DNA of 32,000 bases from Nostoc sp. PCC 7120 = FACHB-418 (GCF_000009705.1 NC_003272.1:5130001-5162000); one strand, 5' to 3'. Shown: positions 24,797 through 32,000, counted from the first letter of the stretch. Numbers and translations: made by a program. The notes: generated by a model from the letters alone, not told the origin.

Positions 24797-26701
24797 CTAT
24801 AGGGTGAGGTCGATATGGTCGCTAGTCGCAAAGCTTTGAGGAATACTAATAGGTAATCCATCATCAGTTAAATTAGTCGGTTCTTGACCAGAAGGATCAC
24901 TAAGAATTTCTCGGATTAGAGGATTATTAATTGCTATTTGTTTTTGTTCAATAAAATCAAATATTTGTTCTTCTGTCAGTTCGTAGCTTTCGCTGTTATA
25001 CCAAACAAAATAAATAGCTAGGAGAGGTTTAATGTCTTGGCTTTGTAAGCCTACCCACTCTCCACCTTTCTGCTTTAGCAGTGTTTTTAACTTCTCTCTA
25101 GCTAATGCTGCACCTGGGCTAATATTTTTAGATCGAACTAGGCAACCACGAGTTAAATCAAACTTTTTGTAATCAACTAATCGCTTTAATGCAGCACCTA
25201 TATACGTACCATCTTTCTGCACGACAGCCACTCCAATCCGTTGTTTTCTGTTTTTGCTAACAATTCTGAAATCTATATAGCCCTGGTCTGCTGTACTAGC
25301 TTCAATTTCTTCAATTTCTTCAATGATTACTCCTTCTAAAGTTTCACCTACTAAACTATTGAAAGCCAGCCAAAGAGCATCGGCAATAGTTGCGTCCTCT
25401 TCCATTAATGAATCAATAGAGGCTTCAACATTTGCTAATTCACTATCGAAGTATGGTTTAACAGGATGTAGGATTTGTGCTGGAGGGGTAGGTATTATCC
25501 TTTCTCCACTCAGAGGCGAAGGAAGGAAAAAATTTTCTGCACACCATTTTAAAACTGATCTAATAGTAGGTTTACCTCTGCCAAGCTCTCTGAGTTTAGT
25601 TTCATCAAATGGGTAGAGAGTATGAGGAGGATTATGTTCATTCTCTTGATAAAACTCTTTTAACCATTGCTGAACAAGAGCAACAATATCATCAGAATTA
25701 AGATATTTTAATGAGATTGGTTGTCTATCAGATTGTTCACTTACTAATCTATCAATTACTGCCTCAGCTTGTGGTAATGCCCTAATTTGCTCATTCCAAG
25801 TTTCGGGATACATCGATAGTAGTAAAACACCTTGTTTGAGGTTATTGTATAAATCCTTTGTTAAATTGGCAATTATTTGTGCTGCTGTAAAACCTGTGTC
25901 TGAAATCTCTGCAATATCTAATTCATCAAAGCAAATCACTGGAACTCTATAATGGCTAGTTATATCTAATATTTGCCGCACATTACTTAATGCTTCAGCC
26001 TCCCTGTCTTCATTTTTAGGATTTGGTAAACCCAATACATCAGATTGTGATCCAGTGATCTCTAAACCTGATAGCCAACAGGTCGCATAATGGGCGTGTG
26101 CTGTAGAAAGTGTCCACAAAATAGCTCGAATTATATAAGGATTAGTAACATCATGCTTAATTTTTAGCACTGTTTCTGTTAATCCATCAATTGTTTTAGT
26201 CGAATACTTATTTAACCAAGTTGGATAGATATTACTGATGTATTGTTGTGGTGTATATTGACAATTCTTAGCCTCATTAATTAAAGCTGCGGCTATTTCT
26301 TGCCACTGCATTACTTTTTGACTACCAAATGCTCTTAGGCTACAAGCAACAGTTTGTTGAAATTGATATTTTATTTGATTCAAGTTGTCATACTTACTCA
26401 TGTAAATGAATAAAGTATTCTCTTCTGTCTGTAAGCGATGCCGGATACGACTAATGAGATGGCTTTTACCTAATCCCTTTTCAGCAGTTATCGTGATGCC
26501 TACAGTTTCACGTTTTCCATTATGGATTTTTTCAACTGCATCAAAAACTGCATTAGAAGCATGAGCATTAATTGAGGGAACATCAGGATAACTTTTACCC
26601 CATATTTGTTGTGGTCTGACAACAATATGTCCAGCAAAAGGGTTTTGATTTCTAATGAGTTCATCAATGGTAGATGTAGTAGCAATCATGGTGTTATACA
26701 T
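24797..26701 (-). CDS. P-loop NTPase of ORC/Cdc6-/STAND-like AAA+ layout with a large uncharacterised C-terminal region
   Basis: Walker A is GITITAEKGLGKSHL (Lys79, nt about 26465-26467) and Walker B is VPVICFDELD (Asp259/Glu260, nt about 25922-25927). A lid-like segment LNSDDIVALVQQWLKEF follows. The protein is 634 aa. Confidence 0.7.
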   Translation of the reverse strand: MYNTMIATTSTIDELIRNQNPFAGHIVVRPQQIWGKSYPDVPSINAHASNAVFDAVEKIHNGKRETVGITITAEKGLGKSHLISRIRHRLQTEENTLFIYMSKYDNLNQIKYQFQQTVACSLRAFGSQKVMQWQEIAAALINEAKNCQYTPQQYISNIYPTWLNKYSTKTIDGLTETVLKIKHDVTNPYIIRAILWTLSTAHAHYATCWLSGLEITGSQSDVLGLPNPKNEDREAEALSNVRQILDITSHYRVPVICFDELDIAEISDTGFTAAQIIANLTKDLYNNLKQGVLLLSMYPETWNEQIRALPQAEAVIDRLVSEQSDRQPISLKYLNSDDIVALVQQWLKEFYQENEHNPPHTLYPFDETKLRELGRGKPTIRSVLKWCAENFFLPSPLSGERIIPTPPAQILHPVKPYFDSELANVEASIDSLMEEDATIADALWLAFNSLVGETLEGVIIEEIEEIEASTADQGYIDFRIVSKNRKQRIGVAVVQKDGTYIGAALKRLVDYKKFDLTRGCLVRSKNISPGAALAREKLKTLLKQKGGEWVGLQSQDIKPLLAIYFVWYNSESYELTEEQIFDFIEQKQIAINNPLIREILSDPSGQEPTNLTDDGLPISIPQSFATSDHIDLTL

Positions 26702-26722
26702 TTAAGAGTGAGTAAGCAAAAA

Positions 26723-27406
26723 TCAGACTTTTAACAATTTGGCGTAGCAGCGTAATCCATCTAATACCGTAGTGATGGAATCTTCTATCTTGTCAGGCGC
26801 GCTATCTTCTACACTTCCGCCTTGTAGTTGTAAAATATCGTCAGCCTGCATTTCTAGCAGCCAATCATTAAATTGAGTACGATTTAAACGATCGCCTATT
26901 TCTCTCCTAATCCGATAAATCGGTACTAGATGATTGAAGTTGTATTCATAGTTCAACTTGTCGTAGACTTCCAGTACAGTTGATTTAAACTCGTCATAGG
27001 ATGCGTAGCCCGTTGCACTCTTCACGCCGTTGACTGATTTAGCTTGTTCAGTCACAGAAACATTTATCTGACTAATCCATTTCAATAGAGCATTCGCCGC
27101 CCAAGTTCCGACAATAGTTCCTTCAAATTGGAAATTACCAGTTCTTAAACCCTCGCCCAATACCTCTAAACCCTTAGGAGATGTCAAAAAGTATCCTTGT
27201 TTAGAGCCTGCGATTACTCCGTGGTTTTGCAAGTCTTCAAATAAACTGTGATAATCTGCTGCCTTCTTGCCTTTAGTTAAAATTCGTTTTGTAAGTAGTC
27301 CTTTCTTAATTTCCTGCTGCGTTCCTCCCAAATCCCACAAAGCTAATAGGAGCCGAGTTTTAGCTTGAGTTTCTCCGCATTGGAAGCTAGTGATTTTTGA
27401 TACCAT
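26723..27406 (-). CDS. Hypothetical protein with two possible winged-helix modules; first gene of the three-gene operon
   Basis: 227-aa ORF. The segments LFEDLQNHGVIAGSKQGYFLTSPKGLEVL and LVPIYRIRREIGDRLNRTQFNDWLLEMQADDILQLQGG have helix-wing patterns. I see no catalytic motif. The stop lies 21 nt before the next start. Confidence 0.6.
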   Translation of the reverse strand: MVSKITSFQCGETQAKTRLLLALWDLGGTQQEIKKGLLTKRILTKGKKAADYHSLFEDLQNHGVIAGSKQGYFLTSPKGLEVLGEGLRTGNFQFEGTIVGTWAANALLKWISQINVSVTEQAKSVNGVKSATGYASYDEFKSTVLEVYDKLNYEYNFNHLVPIYRIRREIGDRLNRTQFNDWLLEMQADDILQLQGGSVEDSAPDKIEDSITTVLDGLRCYAKLLKV

Positions 27407-27720
27407 AAAATTAGTTCTGCCAAATAGAACTAGTATAGTTTTGCTAACTACGGAAAAAGCGCCGTGAAACTGCGGAAAGAAATATACTAATTTCCCATAT
27501 TGTCAAGTATTGAAAGTTATTTACTTGTGTTAACTAATACGGTTGTTTGTGATGATCGCTCTTAATTTCTCCCTACATATCTTTATACTTACTAACCAAA
27601 AGCCTATTTCTTTGGAGCGATCGCAATGTCTCTCAAAGGTAGGACGGAATATATATCAAATCAGATCACCATATACAACAGTTAAACGTCCTCAGACAGA
27701 ATTTCCCCAGGAGATAGATT

Positions 27721-27990
27721 ATGGTGGGTGATTTTTTCCGTAAAGCGAAAGATTTTATGGGTGGTTCCAGAGACGAAGAACGTGAGGAAGAGCGTGGTTA
27801 TCAGGAACGCTGGGGAGAAAGCGATCGCCGTTCCCGCAATGACCGTGATGAAGATGAAGAGGACGAGGAGGATTATTCCGGCGATGTCCGCCGCTCCCGT
27901 GATGACCGCTATGACGACGAAGAAGATGAAGAGGAGTACTCTGGTCGTTCTGGCAGAGACCGCTATGACGACGAAGACGAGGACGAATAA
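27721..27990 (+). CDS. Hyper-acidic, Arg/Asp/Glu-rich low-complexity repeat protein (89 aa)
   Basis: AGGAG (27709-27713) lies 7 nt upstream of ATG 27721. The protein has about 2.5 imperfect repeats of R(S/D)R(N/D)DR(D/Y)(E/D)DEEDEE(D/E)YSG. Three other overlapping ORFs lack a ribosome-binding site and look like low-complexity mirror frames. Confidence 0.55.
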   Translation: MVGDFFRKAKDFMGGSRDEEREEERGYQERWGESDRRSRNDRDEDEEDEEDYSGDVRRSRDDRYDDEEDEEEYSGRSGRDRYDDEDEDE

Positions 27991-28021
27991 TATCAACTGT
28001 GAGAATGGGTAATGGTAACAA

Positions 28022-28056
28022 CCAATCACCAATTACCCATTACCCATTACCAATTT
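28022..28056. repeat. STRR-type heptamer array (CCAATTA/CCCATTA)
   Basis: The units read ccaatca ccaatta cccatta cccatta ccaattt. The array contains the stop and the last codons (..EIGNG) of the pentapeptide-repeat gene. Confidence 0.85.
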
Positions 28057-28681
28057 CTAATATTGTCCCTACCAAACAAGCTTTATCTGTATTCACACCT
28101 TGTAAATTTGCACCTTCCAACTCTGCACAGAGTAAGTTAGCCCCGGTCAAATTCACTCCCGCCAGATTCGCCCCCCGTAAATCGGCTTCTTCGAGATTCG
28201 CTTCACTCAACAACGCCCCTTGCAAATCAGCACGGCTTAAGTCTGCGCCTTTCAGGTTAGCACCACTTAGGTTAACACCTCGCAAGTCAGCGCCCCGTAG
28301 ATCAACGCCTTGTAAATTGACGTTCATTAAATTAGCGCCACTCAAAAAAGCACCAGCCAAAGCTACACCACTAAGTCTAGCTCCCATCAGATTAGCACCA
28401 CGCAAATTACTACCCCGCAAGTCTGCCCCTGTTAAATCTGCCTGCATCAAATTGGCTCCCATCAAGTTTGCCCGCAAGTCAGTTTCTTGGAGAGTTGCAC
28501 CCATCAAATTTGCACCCTCTAAATGTCCACCTTCGAGTTTAGAGCGAGTAAAGTTAGTACCCACAAGGTGAGCGCCAGCTAAATTAATGCGGCTTAAATC
28601 CAGTTGAGAAAGTTCCTCATCTTCTAAATTCGCCCCTGGCAGTTGTTTGAGTTGTCCTAGTTTAATAGCGTCAATATTCAT
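28040..28681 (-). CDS. Pentapeptide-repeat protein
   Basis: About 35 consecutive A(D/N)LxG-type pentapeptides run through the protein (ANLMGATLQETDLRANLMGANLMQADLTGADLRGSNLRGANL...). Its start ATG overlaps the upstream stop as ATGA at 28678-28681. Confidence 0.95.
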   Translation of the reverse strand: MNIDAIKLGQLKQLPGANLEDEELSQLDLSRINLAGAHLVGTNFTRSKLEGGHLEGANLMGATLQETDLRANLMGANLMQADLTGADLRGSNLRGANLMGARLSGVALAGAFLSGANLMNVNLQGVDLRGADLRGVNLSGANLKGADLSRADLQGALLSEANLEEADLRGANLAGVNLTGANLLCAELEGANLQGVNTDKACLVGTILEIGNG

Positions 28682-30072
28682 TGTGGGTAACTACTCATCT
28701 CTTCACTAGTCTTGCTCTGGCTATCCCATCGGGAATCAAGTAGCCACATACCGATGCTGACTTTTGGTGTCATTAGGGGTAAGTCGAGTCCTTGTTGCAA
28801 ACCCATGACTAATAAAAATAGGGCATCTATTAGTTTAGGGTCAAAGCGGTTTGCTTGCTGTCGGCATTCTTCCAAGGCTTGCACAAATATTTCTTGCCGA
28901 TTTTTGCTAGCGGCTCTTTTTTGGTTAACTTGCCACTGAAAGTCTGCAACTAACGCCAAAATTCTCGACTCTAGAGGAATTTCGTCACCAGCTAAACCCG
29001 CAGGTTCCCCTGTCCCATCCCACCACTCAGTTTGATGAGTAATAATTTGAGCTACTGCCCGTAATCTTGACATTTTGCGTAATGCTTGCGCTCCTGGGAC
29101 TAAAGAGCAAGTCAAAGGACAACTGGGGGCTGATTCTTGGTGGTGAGTTGAAGTTCCAGGTGTAAAAATACTCTCTGCTTTTTGCAGTGGATCTATGCGG
29201 TGCAACAATCCTGCTAGTTTTAATCTTTTAATCTGCCATGCAGGTAAATCCAAAAGCTGTCCCAGGGTTTCTGCTAAGGCTGCTACTTCTGTAGCGGCTT
29301 GTGGATTTGTGATATCAGCCAAATCCATCAGTTGCGCCATCCGCAGAAATGCCTGGATTTCGTTGGAAACCAAGTTACTATCTAAGGCTTGATGACGCAC
29401 GGCGGCGGGGATAGATAATTGTTCTTGTCCTATTTGCAGATAATCTACAACACGGGAAACAACTGTGGTCAGGTCTGTTGATGCGATCGCACCCCTTCCT
29501 ATTTCCTGATCATGAATCAGGAGTTTCTTTGCTAATTCTGGATTGTATTTTTGAATATGAGCGATCGCTAACTCTGCCGTTTCTTTAACTAGTTCTGGCT
29601 CAAAAGTCCACAAGCCATAAAATTTACGCTCGACATCAGAAGCCGGTCTGCCACCTACCCCATAATCAGCATCAGACAACTCTTGACAAAGTACCATTGC
29701 CGTGTATTTAGGCGACAAAATAATCAAATGCCATTCTTGAGCTACTGGGTCAGATGGATCTAAAGCCACTAAATCGACATTCGGCATTTGGCTAGTGGGA
29801 TGTTCAGCAAAGCCTGCATCCGGTGCTGCCATAATAGCAATTTGGCGACTGCACTGAGCGATGTCTGCATATCTTTCAGCCTCTTGCAAATACCACTTAC
29901 CCCGTTGGAAGGCAGTAATTACCAAAGGTGAATTCTCATCCGCCAATATATGGTCTTCTAAAGCATGACAAAGCGCAACCAGGGTATTTTTGTAATACAC
30001 CCCGAATCGGACTGGTCTGGTGCTGTAGCGATGGGACGCTTCTAGCTGTTGTAGAATTGAACCTTCTAACAT
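28678..30072 (-). CDS. DICT sensory domain protein with a degenerate HD-GYP-like C-terminal domain
   Basis: The N-terminus (YYKNTLVALCHALEDHIL...PLVITAFQRGKWYLQEAERY...EWHLIILSPKYTAMVLCQE) has the DICT pattern. The C-terminus has LLHRID in place of LLHDIGK and HQTEWWDGTGEPAGLAGDEIPLESRILALVADF in place of HHERWDGSGYPxGLxGxxIPxxARIxAVAD. Confidence 0.7.
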   Translation of the reverse strand: MLEGSILQQLEASHRYSTRPVRFGVYYKNTLVALCHALEDHILADENSPLVITAFQRGKWYLQEAERYADIAQCSRQIAIMAAPDAGFAEHPTSQMPNVDLVALDPSDPVAQEWHLIILSPKYTAMVLCQELSDADYGVGGRPASDVERKFYGLWTFEPELVKETAELAIAHIQKYNPELAKKLLIHDQEIGRGAIASTDLTTVVSRVVDYLQIGQEQLSIPAAVRHQALDSNLVSNEIQAFLRMAQLMDLADITNPQAATEVAALAETLGQLLDLPAWQIKRLKLAGLLHRIDPLQKAESIFTPGTSTHHQESAPSCPLTCSLVPGAQALRKMSRLRAVAQIITHQTEWWDGTGEPAGLAGDEIPLESRILALVADFQWQVNQKRAASKNRQEIFVQALEECRQQANRFDPKLIDALFLLVMGLQQGLDLPLMTPKVSIGMWLLDSRWDSQSKTSEEMSSYPQ

Positions 30073-30183
30073 GGGGTTTGATTATATGAATCGCCAAGGC
30101 GCTAGGGAAAACAGGATTTAATCCAGAGGTGATAAATTTATGCTGCTGAATCTTTAGTTTACTGTGCTTTGCGTGTCAGTTGT

Positions 30184-30216
30184 TAGATCCCCGACTTCTT
30201 GAAAAAGCCGGGGATC
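30184..30216. repeat. Palindromic hairpin AGATCCCCG ... CGGGGATCT (9-bp perfect stem, extendable to 14 bp with 2 mismatches)
   Basis: Read directly from the sequence, in the divergent spacer about 37 nt upstream of the PrsW-like start. It resembles the GGGGATC-type palindromic dispersed repeats of Nostoc genomes. Confidence 0.6.
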
Positions 30217-30252
30217 TAGCAAACCCGTGAAAGGAGTAAAGGAGAATAACTT

Positions 30253-31476
30253 TTGACTAATGATTATTTGCAATTTGCTAAACAAGGCGATATAAATGCG
30301 ATCGCCTCATTGATGAGCTTATATTTTCAACCGCAAGGCATCACTGTTAAAGCTAGTATCAAAAATAGTTGTTTACAGTTGATATTGGAGTCTGAACAGG
30401 TTCCAGATAAAGCATCATCTGTAACTTTTATTCGTCAGGAATTATCTACGTGGCAATCTACATTAATTACTAATGTGCGAATTTATGGTCTGAGGGCTGA
30501 TCAATCTTTTCCAGATTGGGAAGAGGCTTTTTCACTGATCAGACAACAGTCTGAAACTACAACGTTTTTAGCAGCACTACGGACATTTAAATTTGCTTCT
30601 GTAGTTCCGTATCAAGATGTCTTTAGTGCTGAACTATATAGTAATAATACAGTTAAACTATTGTTATTTTTTGGACTATTTCCTTTAGGCATTGGCTTAA
30701 TTGCTAAGTCTAGTAATTTGGAACAGACTGCTTGGTTACTTGGTATTTATTACGCCAGTATTTGGGGAGTAGTTTTATACAATTTAATCAAACCTGCTTG
30801 GTTTTCTTGGCAAGAAACACTGAAATGTGTTGTGTTTACTGCTATTGTGGGCATCCCTTTACTACTGCTAATTCAACAATTTCCCCTATTCCAGTTACTT
30901 TACGCCGCAACGGAGTCGAATTTAGGACTCATTCCTCAATTAATCGGGTTTATTTTCGGTGTAGGAGTATTAGAGGAAATTTGTAAAGCTTTGCCAGTAT
31001 ATCTATTCTTGCTGCGTCCCAGAAAACTCAAAGAACCACTGACAGGGGCATTTTATGGGGCTATGTCAGGATTAGGATTTGCGATCGCTGAAGGTAGTTC
31101 CTATTCTCTACTATACGCCTTCAATTTAGTCAGAGGACAATCAGGTTTTGGCACTTACATCTTGATAAATACCATTCGCTTTGTCTCCCTACCCTTGTTC
31201 CACGCCATTTTAGCGGGAATAGTCGGTTATTTTTTGGGACTGGCAGCAATTAATCGCTCTCGACAGCTACCAATTATGTTTATCGGTGTAGCTTTGGCTG
31301 CTGTTTTACATGGTGCTTACAACACATTTAGCGATGGCATCCTTGGTCTTGTAATCATCAGCTTTACCATTTTGTTGTTCGTTGCTTATTTGCGTCGCAG
31401 CCAACAAATGGTAGCAGAAATGCAGCAAGCAGAGTTGGAGAGACTGATTTTACCGCCAGATAACTCTGAAAACTAA
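30253..31476 (+). CDS. PrsW-family intramembrane protease with an extra N-terminal soluble domain
   Basis: PrsW motifs are present: VLEEICKALPVY (EExxK), GLGFAIAEG, LPLFHAILAGIVGY and LHGAYN. It has a TTG start at 30253 with GGAGA 7 nt upstream. The N-terminal roughly 100 aa (AKQGDINAIASLMSLYFQPQGITVKASIKNSCLQLILESEQVPDK) are a cyanobacterial add-on module. Confidence 0.78.
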   Translation: MTNDYLQFAKQGDINAIASLMSLYFQPQGITVKASIKNSCLQLILESEQVPDKASSVTFIRQELSTWQSTLITNVRIYGLRADQSFPDWEEAFSLIRQQSETTTFLAALRTFKFASVVPYQDVFSAELYSNNTVKLLLFFGLFPLGIGLIAKSSNLEQTAWLLGIYYASIWGVVLYNLIKPAWFSWQETLKCVVFTAIVGIPLLLLIQQFPLFQLLYAATESNLGLIPQLIGFIFGVGVLEEICKALPVYLFLLRPRKLKEPLTGAFYGAMSGLGFAIAEGSSYSLLYAFNLVRGQSGFGTYILINTIRFVSLPLFHAILAGIVGYFLGLAAINRSRQLPIMFIGVALAAVLHGAYNTFSDGILGLVIISFTILLFVAYLRRSQQMVAEMQQAELERLILPPDNSEN

Positions 31477-31560
31477 TTCTGCGCTAGCATTATCGCTGCT
31501 ATTAAATGGAGTTTTGTAACAAATACTGAACTATCTATGTAGGAGAAATATAGTGCCACA

Positions 31561-31962
31561 TTATTTTACCTTCGCTCCCCCAAATATCAGCCGCAACCAC
31601 AGCCATCCTAAGCCGCTACCAATAAAATAATAGGGAAAATCTGCCCAAGTAAAGACAGTACCAATTAACATTCTTCCCCACCAAAATGAACGCACCCAAT
31701 TGAGAAATGGTGGGTTCCACAATTGCATAAATTCTAACAGGCAAGTAATTACCAATACCCATAAAGGAATTTGCCAAACTGCCCGACGAGTGGGAATCAA
31801 TAGAAAAGCAAACAAACACCAAAATATCTCATAAAAAATCCCTCCTACCTCTTGATTCAACCACCAAATAGAATGGCGATAGTGGCTGTATAAGAGTCCA
31901 ATGGAGAGAATAATAGTCAGGGAAAGAAGGGTGCGCCAGCGAATGTTTGTGAGTATTGGCAT
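31561..31962 (-). CDS. Small integral membrane protein, DUF2809-like
   Basis: 133 aa with 4 TM helices. The C-terminal pattern CLLEFMQLW...WWGRMLIGTVFTWADFPYYFIGSGLG resembles DUF2809 as I remember it. Confidence 0.5.
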   Translation of the reverse strand: MPILTNIRWRTLLSLTIILSIGLLYSHYRHSIWWLNQEVGGIFYEIFWCLFAFLLIPTRRAVWQIPLWVLVITCLLEFMQLWNPPFLNWVRSFWWGRMLIGTVFTWADFPYYFIGSGLGWLWLRLIFGGAKVK

Positions 31963-32000
31963 TATTTAGGGTTTAAAATCCATGATTTCCCCTTATAAAA

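Noticed and set aside
27407-27560. A confident sigma-70 promoter call for the three-gene operon from the TTGACA box.
   Set aside because: No TAnnnT hexamer lies at 16-18 nt spacing; the candidates are at 11 and 14 nt. It is reported only as a weak observation.
27682-28032. A 116-aa very hydrophobic minus-strand ORF, plus ORFs 27728-28012 (plus strand) and 27755-28021 (minus strand).
   Set aside because: They are mirror or shifted frames of GAA/GAC/GAT-rich low-complexity DNA. None has a ribosome-binding site, whereas 27721-27990 has AGGAG-N7-ATG. I cannot fully exclude them without expression data.
27999-28571. A 190-aa plus-strand ORF with KxAPx-type repeats.
   Set aside because: It is the antisense shadow of the pentapeptide-repeat gene, whose periodic 15-nt repeats keep the opposite strand open.

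Overview
The window looks like a chromosomal segment from a filamentous, heterocyst-forming cyanobacterium of the Nostoc/Anabaena type. The evidence is psbD-psbC, ycf4, a devBCA-type exporter, about one HIP1 octamer (GCGATCGC) per kb, and heptameric STRR tandem repeats in nearly every intergenic spacer. I support 29 protein-coding genes and found no tRNA, rRNA, CRISPR array or transposase. Most of the content is ordinary: a partial sugar-binding protein, a polysaccharide deacetylase, a TetR regulator divergent from a DevB/DevC/DevA-family ABC exporter, a creatininase-family protein and a carotenoid oxygenase. Also ordinary are a folate-biopterin transporter, a FabF-like KAS, a lipoprotein cyclophilin, Ycf4, D2/CP43, a peptidoglycan-binding protein, an AAA+ ATPase, a pentapeptide-repeat protein, a DICT/HD-GYP-like protein and a PrsW protease. 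The stand-out is a compact minus-strand three-gene operon at 23317-27406. It encodes a 227-aa winged-helix-like protein, a 634-aa ORC/Cdc6-like P-loop ATPase, and a 489-aa protein with a C-terminal PD-(D/E)xK nuclease core and a possible PUA/ASCH-like N-terminal domain. The operon sits in the most AT-rich part of the window and in its longest HIP1-free stretch, and I cannot place it in any named defence or restriction family from memory. I propose it as a candidate uncharacterised defence or restriction-like system. Secondary observations are a TetR with an RHH-like C-terminal tail and a candidate operator, and two copies of a MITE-like element. Others are STRR arrays that supply gene termini, a degenerate HD-GYP gene translationally coupled to the pentapeptide gene, a hyper-acidic repeat protein, and several dispersed hairpin repeats. 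All family assignments come from motif reading by eye; no database search was possible.
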